Origin: Pseudonocardiaceae bacterium
GTDB taxonomy: Bacteria; Actinomycetota; Actinomycetes; Mycobacteriales; Pseudonocardiaceae
DNA: 63,176 nt
Assembly: GCA_039583705.1 (NCBI GenBank)
Contig: JAVKSM010000002.1
Location: forward strand, 1 to 63,176
Direction: 5' to 3'
Shown piece after piece: positions 44,549-53,409 of the stretch (the first letter of the stretch is position 1; each line of letters starts with the position of its first letter). The notes under the pieces are model-generated. The model was not told the origin of the DNA, did no database searches, and saw only the letters and a program-made list of their open reading frames with translations. Made by a program: the position numbers and the translations under genes.

Positions 44549-46257
44549 ACCAGGGGCAGTGAGCCGTCACGCTGGCGCAGCCGCAGGAACAACTCCACCG
44601 CGCGCCGCTTGGCCTCGGCCATGCCGATCTCCGGAGAACCGAGCAGCATGTCAGGGCTCGTGCCGACGTCGGCGCCCGCGGGGTGCCAGTGCCAGCCGTC
44701 GGTCGTTGCGGTCAGCTCCGGAACCGTGTTGTCCTCGTCGATGACGATGCCGTCATCGGAGTTCCCGCGCTTGACCAGCGGCCGCACCGCGAAGTCGCGG
44801 CCCTGGACACCGTGCGCGACCAGCAGCTCGCGCAGCGGCTCGACCTGGGCGGAATTGGCGGGAGTCTCGGTCATCCCGACCCGCACCGGCAGCCCCAGCG
44901 AGAGGGCTGTCGACAGCCCGTCCATCGCCCGGGCCCACGACCCCGCGCCACGGTTGGCGTCGTGGAAACGGGCCTGCGCGCCGTCCAGCGACGTCTGCAG
45001 CACCAGCCGCGGGCGGCCCGCCAGGCGCCACAACTGCTGGCGGCGCCAGCCCTGGTACAGCATGCCGTTGGTCAGGCACACGGTGTCGATGCGCTCGGTG
45101 CAGTAGAGCAGCATCTCGACGATGTCCGGTTCGAGGAACGGCTCGCCGCCGGTGACGTAGAGCTCCGTGAAACCCTCGCCGACGGCCTCGTCGACCAGCT
45201 CGGTGAACCGTGCCGACCCCATCCGGCGGCGCCGCGCCTGCGGCGAGGAGGCGACCGAGCAGTACGTGCAGGCCAGGTTGCAGTGGAAGTTCGTGTAGAG
45301 CCACAGTCGCGACGGGAACTGCGCCGAGCCGAACAGCGGCAGCACCGGCAGCCCGTCGTCGGGCACCTCCGGAGCGTCCGCCCAGCTCGCCTCGGCGCCC
45401 GCGAAGGCGGGCACGGCGGTCTTGTAGAGCTGGTACCGGCCCCGGGAGCGCTCCGCCGGCGGCACGATCTCCAGGCAGGTGGTCCACCAGCCGGTTTCGA
45501 CGGTCTGGACGAACGCCTCCGGCAGCCCGGCAGCCCGCATCGAGGCGGCGTGCGCGCGCCAGTCGTAGTCCAGCTTCACCAGCTCCGCCGACGCCCGCCC
45601 TTCGGCGCAGTCCAGCAGCGCGTACCAGACGTGGCGGCCGCCGTCGTTGGCCGGACGTCCGATCACGCCGACGTTGACGACGAGGGTCTCCCGGCCGTCA
45701 GCCCCGGTCTCAGCTCCGGGGTCGTCCGCACCCTGGTCCCCGCCGAAGCGCCGGATCCATGGTATGCCGGAGTGGGTGCAGCAGATGACGTCCGCTCCCG
45801 AGGCGGCGATCCGCAGCCGGTGCTGCTCGTCGGGCAGCGACTCCCACCAGAAGTCGTTGAGCGCCAGCGGGGAGCCGTGCACCAGGTGGAGGTCCACGCC
45901 GTCGACGCGCTCGCGTCGCTCGGTGGCCAGCGTCGTCATCCAGTGGGCGAACTCCGCGCTGGTGTGGCGGAAGGTGTAGTCGTAGGCGACCGCCGCGAAA
46001 GCGTTGTCGTCGGCGTCCGCGTAGCCGCAGCCGCAGTCCGCCTGGCGCCTGCCGATCGCGACGTCATAGTTCCCGGCGATGCACTCGACGCCGGCGTCGA
46101 GCAGGATCGGCCACAGCGCGTCGGGGTCGGCACCGAAGCCCCCGAGGTCACCGAGGAACACCAGCCGGTCGGCTCCCCTGGCCCGGGCGTCGGCGACGAA
46201 CGCGCGCAGCGCGTAGGGGTTGGAGTACGTGCCGCCGCACAGGGCCAGCCGGGTCAT
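44530..46257 (-). CDS. metallophosphoesterase-like domain fused to a radical SAM domain (575 aa)
   Basis: The N-terminal half has 'FLGDLGGFG', 'GNYD', 'HLVHGSP' and 'CCTHSGIPW' (calcineurin-like order). The C-terminal half has 'YTNFHCNLACTYCS' (CxxxCxxC) and 'LYVTGGEPFL'. ATG 46257 is preceded by GAGGAGG. Confidence 0.8.
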   Translation of the reverse strand: MTRLALCGGTYSNPYALRAFVADARARGADRLVFLGDLGGFGADPDALWPILLDAGVECIAGNYDVAIGRRQADCGCGYADADDNAFAAVAYDYTFRHTSAEFAHWMTTLATERRERVDGVDLHLVHGSPLALNDFWWESLPDEQHRLRIAASGADVICCTHSGIPWIRRFGGDQGADDPGAETGADGRETLVVNVGVIGRPANDGGRHVWYALLDCAEGRASAELVKLDYDWRAHAASMRAAGLPEAFVQTVETGWWTTCLEIVPPAERSRGRYQLYKTAVPAFAGAEASWADAPEVPDDGLPVLPLFGSAQFPSRLWLYTNFHCNLACTYCSVASSPQARRRRMGSARFTELVDEAVGEGFTELYVTGGEPFLEPDIVEMLLYCTERIDTVCLTNGMLYQGWRRQQLWRLAGRPRLVLQTSLDGAQARFHDANRGAGSWARAMDGLSTALSLGLPVRVGMTETPANSAQVEPLRELLVAHGVQGRDFAVRPLVKRGNSDDGIVIDEDNTVPELTATTDGWHWHPAGADVGTSPDMLLGSPEIGMAEAKRRAVELFLRLRQRDGSLPLVYNCAV

Positions 46258-46490
46258 CGGCGTCCTCCTCAGGTATCGGTTGAACCTACGTTCGGTCCGG
46301 CCGACCTGTCCGGGTCGGCGTCGGACGTCACGATCAGCTCGCCCGGGCTCGGGCGCCGGCGCCGACGCGGCTGACCAGGCGCTGGGATGGTCACGGCCGG
46401 CCGGTATGTCGAACACAGGCTTCCCCCGTCCGCCGAGCCCACCCGCCAGGGTGTCGTCGCGCCCGCCCGGGCCTGCCGTACCGTCGCTGG

Positions 46491-47480
46491 ATGGAACGCT
46501 GCTCGACGCTGTCGGCAGCCCTCGGCGAGCCGCTGGCCGGCACCGCACCCCAGGCCGTGCGGTGGTTGTGCGTGGAGCACGACGGCCCGTGGGGTCGCGA
46601 CGTCGAAGAGACCGACCCGACCCTCGCCGAGCTGGGCCGCCGGGCCGCGGCGACCAACACCCGGCTCGAGCTGATGCGGCGGCCCGGCCGTCTCCCATCA
46701 CCCGGCCGTCTCCCATCCCCCGGCCGCTTCCCAGAACCCGGCCGTCTCTCCGCACCCGGCCGCCGACGCGCCGCGTTGCTCGCCGACACCCGGCCTGGTT
46801 CGAGCCGGCTGCACCTGCTGGAGATCGCCGGACTCGACGAGCTGCTCGACCTCGACCTCGACCTCACCGCCGCGCTGCCGGGCACCCGACTGGACGAGCC
46901 GCAGTTGCTGGTCTGCGGTCACAGCCGGCGCGACCAGTGCTGCGCGATCGCCGGTCGTGCGCTGGGTGCGGCACTGCCCGGTGCCTGGCAGTGCAGCCAC
47001 CTCGGCGGCCACCGCTTCGCCCCCACCGCGGTGGTGCTGCCGACCGGCTACCTCTACGGCCGGCTCGACGCCGCAACCGCCGCCGCAGCGTTGACCGCCG
47101 CCACGGTCGGAGACGTGGTGACCGAGCGTTGCCGGGGCCGCTCCACGTGGGATCCGGTCGGGCAGGTCGCCGAGCTGGCCGTGCGTGCGTTCTCTGGGGA
47201 GCGCGGCGCCGACGCGCTGACCGTCCCCACTCCGGAGGTGCCCGGAACGAAGGGGTCCGGCGCGAGCCAGCCCGGCACGAACCGACCCGCGCCGGATGGA
47301 TTCTGGGTGCAGGTCGACGCCCGCGACGGCCGGAGCTGGCGGGTGCGCATCGAGGCCGCGCCGCTGCCCGGTGTGCGCCCGAGCAGCTGCGGCGCCGAGG
47401 CAACCCCGGCCAGCCCGCTGGTGGCGGCCGGGGTGACCCCGCTGCACCGGCCGGCTACCGCTGGCCGCCCTCCACGGTGA
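46491..47480 (+). CDS. sucrase/ferredoxin-like (thioredoxin-like [2Fe-2S]) protein
   Basis: 'LLVCGHSRRDQCCAIAGRAL' and 'CSHLGGHRFAP' match the Suc_Fer-like signature. Confidence 0.75.
   Translation: MERCSTLSAALGEPLAGTAPQAVRWLCVEHDGPWGRDVEETDPTLAELGRRAAATNTRLELMRRPGRLPSPGRLPSPGRFPEPGRLSAPGRRRAALLADTRPGSSRLHLLEIAGLDELLDLDLDLTAALPGTRLDEPQLLVCGHSRRDQCCAIAGRALGAALPGAWQCSHLGGHRFAPTAVVLPTGYLYGRLDAATAAAALTAATVGDVVTERCRGRSTWDPVGQVAELAVRAFSGERGADALTVPTPEVPGTKGSGASQPGTNRPAPDGFWVQVDARDGRSWRVRIEAAPLPGVRPSSCGAEATPASPLVAAGVTPLHRPATAGRPPR
46683..46766 (+). repeat. in-frame 18-nt (hexapeptide PGRLPS) tandem repeat, about 4.5 copies, inside the ferredoxin-like gene
   Basis: CCCGGCCGTCTCCCATCA / CCCGGCCGTCTCCCATCC / CCCGGCCGCTTCCCAGAA / CCCGGCCGTCTCTCCGCA / CCCGGCCGCCGA... 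Confidence 0.9.
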
Positions 47481-47483
47481 CCG

Positions 47484-48239
47484 TCACTGGGCGCTGACGA
47501 TCACATAGAACCGCGCGCCGAACGGGTCGGCGAGCTGTGCCCAGCGCCCGTAGGGCGCGTCCTGCGGCTCGGACACCACCGAGCCGCCCAGCTCCCGGGC
47601 CCGCGCGGCCGTGGCGTCTGCGTCCGTCACATCGAAGTACACCCGCCAGTGCGAGGGTGCGTCCGCGCCCTCGCACTGGCCACCCACGGAGTTGCCGTCG
47701 ACCTTCATGACGGTGTAGCCGAATCCCTGTCCCTCCCCCACCTGGTCGTAGGTGTAGCCGAAAACGGTGGCGTAGAACTCGTTGGACCGCGGCCGGTCCG
47801 GCGTGGACAGCTCGTTCCACGCCATCGTGCCGGGCTCGTTGACGAGCTGGGCGCCGGTGTGCTCACCCGCCTGCCAGACGCCGAAAGTCGCCCCCGTCGG
47901 ATCGAGCGCGAAGCACATCCGACCCTGCGTGCCGACGTCCGTCGGCTCCATGAGCAGGGTGGCGCCGGCGTCTACGGCGGCCTTCGCCGTCGCGTCCGCG
48001 TCGTCAGTGGCGAAGTAGGTGTTCCAGGTCGGCGACGCCTCGCCCCCCTGCGCCGGGCTCACCGCGGCAACCCTCTTCCCGCGCAGGTAGGCGATGGAGT
48101 AGGAGCCATACTCCGGCTCGCCCTTCTCGATCTCCCAGCCGAACAGCTCCCGGTAGAACCGGACGCCGCCGTCGATGTCCGGGCAGGTGACGTCCGCCCA
48201 GGACGGCGTGCCCGGCGCGTACCCGCTCTTCTCGACCAT
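47484..48239 (-). CDS. VOC (glyoxalase/bleomycin-resistance/dioxygenase) family protein, two-domain
   Basis: Duplicated 'FY..LFGW / FYATVFGY' beta-alpha-beta-beta-beta modules. ATG 48239 chosen, because upstream ORF sequence is translation of a DNA repeat array. Confidence 0.8.
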   Translation of the reverse strand: MVEKSGYAPGTPSWADVTCPDIDGGVRFYRELFGWEIEKGEPEYGSYSIAYLRGKRVAAVSPAQGGEASPTWNTYFATDDADATAKAAVDAGATLLMEPTDVGTQGRMCFALDPTGATFGVWQAGEHTGAQLVNEPGTMAWNELSTPDRPRSNEFYATVFGYTYDQVGEGQGFGYTVMKVDGNSVGGQCEGADAPSHWRVYFDVTDADATAARARELGGSVVSEPQDAPYGRWAQLADPFGARFYVIVSAQ

Positions 48240-48305
48240 CGCTGCCTCCTCCTCGTGGTCAGGCGAGCAGCATCGCACGCCGGTCCGACACAAATGGCGA
48301 AGGCG

Positions 48306-48440
48306 GTCGCCCGCACGACTCGGGTGAAAAAGTTGCCCGCCCGCACGACCCGGGTGAAAAGTTGCCCGCCTGACCCGGGTGGAACAGAAGGTGGTTGCCC
48401 GCCTGACCCGGGTGAACAACGGTCGCCGCCCGAGGTGGAC
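48306..48440. repeat. array of five ~27-33-bp direct repeats, three carrying an exact ACCCGGGT palindrome
   Basis: GTCGCCCGCACGACTCGGGTGAAAAA / GTTGCCCGCCCGCACGACCCGGGTGAAAA / GTTGCCCGCCTGACCCGGGTGGAACAGAAGGTG / GTTGCCCGCCTGACCCGGGTGAACAACG / GTCGCCGCCCGAGGTGGACC. Fills the divergent VOC/ACAD intergenic region. Confidence 0.85.
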
Positions 48441-48469
48441 CACCTTCCCGCGCCTGCCGGCGGATAGCG

Positions 48470-49612
48470 TTGACGGACGTGCAGGTACCCGCGCTGTTCG
48501 CCCCCGCCGCCGAAATCGTCGACCACCCTGCGGTGCGCACCGCCTCCCGCCTCGCCGACGATCTGATCGCCCCGCACGCGGCGGAGTCCGACGACCCGGC
48601 CCTCGGCGTCGACCCGGCCCGGCTTCGTGCCCTCGCCGACGCCGGGCTGGCGTCGGTCAAGGTGCCCGCCGCCGACGGTGGCCTGGGTGGCAGCGACCGG
48701 GTCGACGCCGAGGTCGTCGAACTGCTCGCCGGGGCCGACGCCGCCACCTGGTTCGTCCTCACCCAACACCGGCTGCCCCAGAACCTGTGCCGCGCTCCCG
48801 CTGCCGGGCTGCCCGACGGCGCCGCCACCGCCGGGCCCGCTGGGCGCCGGTACCGCGACCCGCTGTGCCGGGCGAGCGGGCTGGCCGGTATCGCGATCGC
48901 GCACGTCCGCCGCCCCGGGTCGCCCGCGGTAGCCGCCGAGCCCGACGGCCACGGCGGCTACCGGCTCTCCGGCCGCGCCGACTGGTGCACCGGGTGGGGC
49001 CTGATCGACCTGCTGCTGGTCGCCGCGCGCACCCCGGACGAGCGCTTCGTCTTCGGGTTGCTGCCCGCCCGCGAGCAGCCCGGGCTGCGGGCCAGCGGGC
49101 CGCTGCCGCTCTCGGTCATGGGCGGGACCCGGACCGTCTCGCTGACCCTGGACGGGCTCGCGCTGGCGGCCGAGGACCTGCTGCTCACCGTCGACATCGC
49201 GGCCTGGCAGCGGGTCGACCTGGCCCGGACCGCCAACGCCACGCCGGCGTCGCTCGGCCTGCTGCGCAGGGTGCTGACCGAGCTGGAACGGCTCGGCGCG
49301 GCGCGGCGGCTCCCGGAGGCCGTCGACCTCGCGCTCGCGCTGGCACAACCGGCCGTCAAGCTGCGCGCCGAGGCCTACGCCCTGCTCTGCGAGGTGCCGC
49401 CCACCGAGCGGGTTGCGGAGCGGGCGGCGCTGCGCGCCGAGCTGTCCGAGCTGACGGTACGGGCCGTGGCCGGGCTGGTCGCCGCCCGGGCAGGCTCGGC
49501 GATGCTGACCACGAGTCCGGAGCAGCGCTGGGCGAGGGAAGCCGCGTTCTTCCTGGTCCAGGCGCAGACGGGCGATGTCCGGGCCGCCCAGTTGCGGGCA
49601 CTGCGAGGATGA
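48470..49612 (+). CDS. acyl-CoA dehydrogenase-fold protein
   Basis: The overall ACAD layout is recognisable ('LADAGLASVKVPAADGGLG', 'WCTGWG'). TTG start in the track; the call is weak. Confidence 0.55.
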   Translation: MTDVQVPALFAPAAEIVDHPAVRTASRLADDLIAPHAAESDDPALGVDPARLRALADAGLASVKVPAADGGLGGSDRVDAEVVELLAGADAATWFVLTQHRLPQNLCRAPAAGLPDGAATAGPAGRRYRDPLCRASGLAGIAIAHVRRPGSPAVAAEPDGHGGYRLSGRADWCTGWGLIDLLLVAARTPDERFVFGLLPAREQPGLRASGPLPLSVMGGTRTVSLTLDGLALAAEDLLLTVDIAAWQRVDLARTANATPASLGLLRRVLTELERLGAARRLPEAVDLALALAQPAVKLRAEAYALLCEVPPTERVAERAALRAELSELTVRAVAGLVAARAGSAMLTTSPEQRWAREAAFFLVQAQTGDVRAAQLRALRG

Positions 49613-49616
49613 GCCG

Positions 49617-50441
49617 GTGCGGGTGCTGCAGGCGGACTGGAATCACTGGCCGGACCACGGTGCGCCCGCCGAGGCCGACCCGGCCTGCTGGGAGGCATGC
49701 GCCCGGCTCGGGGTCGGCGGTGTCGAGGTCGGGATCTACGAGGCGGCCGTGGAGCTGTCAGCCGCCCGGGAGCGCGCCCGCGACGTGCTGGCCGCCGAGC
49801 ACCCGGTCGAGGTGGCCGCATTGCTGTTGTCGCTGCCGGCCGCGCGCTGGCCCGCGGGGGCGCTGTCCGGTGGACAGACCGACCGGCTGGTGCTCGAGGT
49901 GACGGCGTGCGCAGCGGTCACCGCACGTCGGGGCCTTGCCGTCCTCGGGCTGTGGCCGGGGGCCGACCCTGCGCTTGCGCCCTGGGAGGAGTGCGTGGCG
50001 GCCCTGGCCCGCTGCCGCGACGCGGCAGCGGCGCACGCCGTCCGGCTGGCCGTGGAGTACAAGCCCGGCACGGTGGTCGGTGACGTCGACGCGGCGCTGC
50101 GGCTGGCTCGGGCGGTGCCGGGCACGGGGGTGCTGCTGGACACCGGGCACGCCTGGGCCGCCGGGGAGGACCCCGCCGAGTGCGTGCACCGGCTCGCCGG
50201 GCAGGACGTGCTGTGGCAGGTCCACCTCGGTGACGCGGCGGACGGGGCGGCCGACGACGACCTGCCGCTCGGCCGGATCCACGACCCGGCGCCGCTGGTC
50301 GCCGCGCTGGAGGAGGTGGGCTACCCGGGCACGGCCACCTTCGACCTCTACGGCGCGGTCTGCTCCGGGGCGTGGTCGGGAGAGGAGGCGCTGGCACAGT
50401 CGCTGGCCGCCCTGCGTTCGGCGGCACGGGGTGACGAGTGA
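49617..50441 (+). CDS. xylose-isomerase-like TIM-barrel sugar(-phosphate) isomerase/epimerase
   Basis: 'RLAVEYKPG', 'VLLDTGHAWAAGEDP' and 'VHLGDA' follow the AP-endonuclease-2/UlaE/SgbU-type motif order. Confidence 0.7.
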   Translation: MRVLQADWNHWPDHGAPAEADPACWEACARLGVGGVEVGIYEAAVELSAARERARDVLAAEHPVEVAALLLSLPAARWPAGALSGGQTDRLVLEVTACAAVTARRGLAVLGLWPGADPALAPWEECVAALARCRDAAAAHAVRLAVEYKPGTVVGDVDAALRLARAVPGTGVLLDTGHAWAAGEDPAECVHRLAGQDVLWQVHLGDAADGAADDDLPLGRIHDPAPLVAALEEVGYPGTATFDLYGAVCSGAWSGEEALAQSLAALRSAARGDE

Positions 50442-51373
50442 GGGCACTGGTCGCCCGGGGGCCCGGCGCGTTCGCCGTCGAGGAGGTGCCCGAGCCGGTA
50501 GTGGCACCGGGTGGGCGGCTGGTACACGTCGAGGCCGCCGGGGTGTGCGCCGCGGACCGCAAGCTGTACACCGGTCAGCACCCGTGGGGCGAGCTTGAGT
50601 GGCCGGTCGTCCCGGGTCACGAGCTGCTCGGCGTCGATGACGCCACCAGCGAGCGGATCACCTGCGAGGTCAAGGTCCCCTGTGGACGGTGTCGGTGCTG
50701 TGCGAGCGGCAGGGGGAACCTGTGCCCCACCGGCCCACACCTGGGATCCGGCATCCCCGGCGCGTTCGCGGAGCGTCTGGCGCTGCCGCCGGACGCCCTG
50801 GTGCACCGGGTGCCGGCCGCGCTCGCGACGACGGCCGCGGTGCTCGCCGAGCCGATGGCCTGCGCGCTGCACGCGGTGCGCCGCGCCGGGGTACGGGCCG
50901 GGGACGCGGTGACAGTGATCGGGTTGGGCTCGGTCGGAGCCCTGGCCGTGCACGCCGCCCGGGCGGCCGGCGCCGAGGTCGCCGCCGTGGTCCGCAGCCA
51001 GGCCAAGGCGACGCTGGCACGCCGCCTCGGTGCGAGCGTCGACGTCGGGGACGCCCCCCGTGTGGTGATCGAGTGCTCGGGGTCGGCGGCCGGCGCGGCC
51101 GCGGCGTTGCGGCTCGTCGCTCCCGGCGGGAGCGTCTGCTACTTCGGTGTCTATCCGCCGACGGTGGCACTGGACCTCAACCAGGTGGCCGAGTTCAAGG
51201 AGCTGACGGTGGTCGGCGGGCACCTTGCGCCCGGCTGCTTCCCCGAGGCGGTCGAACTCCTGTCCACCGTCGACGCTGACGCCGTGGTGACCGCGCGGCG
51301 CCCGCTGGCGCAGTTCCGGGTCGCCCTGGAACCGTCCGTTGCTCCCCGTGTCAAGGAGGTTCTGGTGCCGTGA
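50438..51373 (+). CDS. zinc-dependent medium-chain alcohol/polyol dehydrogenase
   Basis: 'AAGVCAADRKLYTG', 'VPGHELLG' and the structural-Zn Cys cluster 'CGRCRCCASGRGNLC'. ATGA/GTGA coupling to its neighbours. Confidence 0.85.
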   Translation: MRALVARGPGAFAVEEVPEPVVAPGGRLVHVEAAGVCAADRKLYTGQHPWGELEWPVVPGHELLGVDDATSERITCEVKVPCGRCRCCASGRGNLCPTGPHLGSGIPGAFAERLALPPDALVHRVPAALATTAAVLAEPMACALHAVRRAGVRAGDAVTVIGLGSVGALAVHAARAAGAEVAAVVRSQAKATLARRLGASVDVGDAPRVVIECSGSAAGAAAALRLVAPGGSVCYFGVYPPTVALDLNQVAEFKELTVVGGHLAPGCFPEAVELLSTVDADAVVTARRPLAQFRVALEPSVAPRVKEVLVP

Positions 51374-52032
51374 GCTACCCCAGCGGAGACCTGCGCGACC
51401 AGCTTGCGCACGTCGGCGCGGACGCCGTGCGCGCTGGGCTCGTCGTCGGCTCCGGCGGAAACCTCTCGGCCCGCCACCCCGGCGCGGACGCCTGCTGGGT
51501 GACCGCGTCGGGCACCTGGCTGGACCGCCTGGAGCGCCCGGGGTTCTCCCTGGTGCGGATCCCGGACGGTGCCGTGCTCGACGGGCACCCGAACCCGTCG
51601 AGCGAGTGGCGGCTGCACACCGAGACCTATCTTGCCCGCGCCGACGTCAACGCGATCGTCCACCTGCACCCGCAGACGTCGGTGCTGCTCGCCGCGCTCG
51701 GCCACCAGGTCAAGTTGATCACTACCGACCACGCCTACTACGTGCGGGCGGTGGCGGTGGCGCCGTTCGCCGAGCCCGGCACCGAGAAGCTGGCCAGGGA
51801 GGCCGCCGACGCGGTGGCCGGCGGGGTCGACGCGCTGATCCTGTCCCACCACGGCTGCTCGGTCCTCGGGCCGGACGTGGAGCTGGCGCACAAGCGGGCG
51901 TCCAACCTCGAGGAGGCCGCCCGGGCCACCTATGCCGCGCTGCTGCTGGTCGGGGGAGACGCGGCGAGGGTGCCGGGATGCCCGCCGGAGTACCTGGAGA
52001 ACATCCTGCGCGGCGCCGCCTCCAGCGCATGA
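51370..52032 (+). CDS. class II aldolase/adducin-family protein (L-ribulose-5-P 4-epimerase / fuculose-P aldolase-like)
   Basis: 'GSGGNLSAR', 'SSEWRLHTETY' and 'AIVHLHP' motifs. Confidence 0.85.
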   Translation: MSYPSGDLRDQLAHVGADAVRAGLVVGSGGNLSARHPGADACWVTASGTWLDRLERPGFSLVRIPDGAVLDGHPNPSSEWRLHTETYLARADVNAIVHLHPQTSVLLAALGHQVKLITTDHAYYVRAVAVAPFAEPGTEKLAREAADAVAGGVDALILSHHGCSVLGPDVELAHKRASNLEEAARATYAALLLVGGDAARVPGCPPEYLENILRGAASSA

Positions 52033-53399
52033 GCGACTACGTGCTGCTGCTCGACGTGGGTGGCTCGGCGGTCAAGGCGAGCGCGCACGGACCGCAGACC
52101 GCGGTCGTCGTCACCCGGGGCTACCCGGTTCACCGGCCCGCGCCCGGTCGGGTGGAGGTCGACCCGCAGACCCTGCTCGCGGTGGCGCTTGGCGCCGGCG
52201 CGCAGGCCGTGTCAGCCGCCGGCGCGGGCTGTCTGGCCGTCGTGGCATGCACGCTGCGTCAGGGCTTCGTGTTGCTCGGCGGCGGCGGACGCGAACTGGG
52301 TCCATTAGTGCCGAACAACGACCGCCGCGGCGCCGGGCACGAGATCGTCCTCGCTGGCCGGTACGAGCTGACCGGCCACTGGCCGGCCGCCGAGCTGACC
52401 CTGCCCAAACTGCTCACGATCGCCGACGAGCAGCCCGAGCTGCTGGCCGAGACCGCCCACCTGCTCTTCTGGCACGACTGGCTGCTGCACCGCCTCGGCG
52501 CACGGCCGCTCTGCGGTGTGGACTACGTGTGCGCGGGCGGGATGGCCGACGTGGCCGCCCGCGGCTGGGCCCGGGACTGGTTGGTCGAGCTCGGGATTCC
52601 CGGCCGCTGGCTCGGTGAGGTCGTCGAGGCCGGTACCCGGGTCGGGGCGTTGTCGCACGGCGCGGCCGGCGCGCTCGGTCTGCCGGCCGGGACGCCCCTG
52701 GTGGCCGGCGGCGGCGACACCCAGATGGCGGCGGCCGGCTCCGGGGGTCTGGCCGCGGACACCGTCACGGTCGTCGCCGGCTCGTCCACCCCGGTGCAGC
52801 TCGCCGCCGCCGCTGCGACGACCGGCGACCCTTGCCAGCATCCCTGGGTGTCCACGCATCTGCGCGCCGACCTGTGGGCGCTGGAAGGCAACGCCGGCTA
52901 CCCGGGAGCCCACTGGGGCGGGGTACAGCGGATGTTCGGCTCGGCGGCTCCCGCCGAGGCGGAGGTCGACGAGGTTCCGCCAGGGGCCGACGGGTTGCTG
53001 GCACTGGTCGCCGCGCCCTGCTGGGCGGCGGAGGTGTGGCGGCGGCGTCCGCCGGCGGGACTGGTCGGGCTCACCCCTCACACGACGGCGGCGCAGCTCG
53101 TGGCAGCCGTCGAAGAGGCGCACGGCCACGGTGTGCGTGGCAACGTCGAAGATCTGCAACGGGTCGTCGGGCGTCGACTCGACGTGGTGGTCGCCGGACC
53201 GGCTCGGATCGCGCAGCGGGTGGCCGACGCGCTGGGCCGCCCCGTGCGCCACGCCGCGGCGGCGGGCGCCGCCGCCGCGGCGTGGTCGCTGACCACCGAC
53301 GAGCCGCTGCCTTCGCCCGGACCGGAGCGCGCCCCGCGCCCGGACCGGGTCGACGGTGTCGACGCCGCCTACCACCGCTGGCTCGCTGCGCTCGGATAG
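52029..53399 (+). CDS. FGGY-family sugar kinase
   Basis: 'LLLDVGGSAVKA' N-terminal motif and 'GGGDTQMAAAGSG'. ATG 52029 overlaps the upstream stop. Confidence 0.8.
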   Translation: MSDYVLLLDVGGSAVKASAHGPQTAVVVTRGYPVHRPAPGRVEVDPQTLLAVALGAGAQAVSAAGAGCLAVVACTLRQGFVLLGGGGRELGPLVPNNDRRGAGHEIVLAGRYELTGHWPAAELTLPKLLTIADEQPELLAETAHLLFWHDWLLHRLGARPLCGVDYVCAGGMADVAARGWARDWLVELGIPGRWLGEVVEAGTRVGALSHGAAGALGLPAGTPLVAGGGDTQMAAAGSGGLAADTVTVVAGSSTPVQLAAAAATTGDPCQHPWVSTHLRADLWALEGNAGYPGAHWGGVQRMFGSAAPAEAEVDEVPPGADGLLALVAAPCWAAEVWRRRPPAGLVGLTPHTTAAQLVAAVEEAHGHGVRGNVEDLQRVVGRRLDVVVAGPARIAQRVADALGRPVRHAAAAGAAAAAWSLTTDEPLPSPGPERAPRPDRVDGVDAAYHRWLAALG

Positions 53400-53409
53400 C
53401 GTCGGGGGC

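Noticed and set aside
46258-46755. 166-codon N-terminal extension of the metallophosphoesterase-radical SAM ORF
   Set aside because: The extension is Arg/Gly/Pro-rich nonsense and runs antisense into the ferredoxin-like gene. ATG 46257 has a GAGGAGG RBS and starts the conserved phosphoesterase domain.
48306-48440. CRISPR array (also considered for 41554-41655)
   Set aside because: The repeats abut each other with no unique spacers, the units are imperfect or only 17 nt long, and no cas genes are present in the window.
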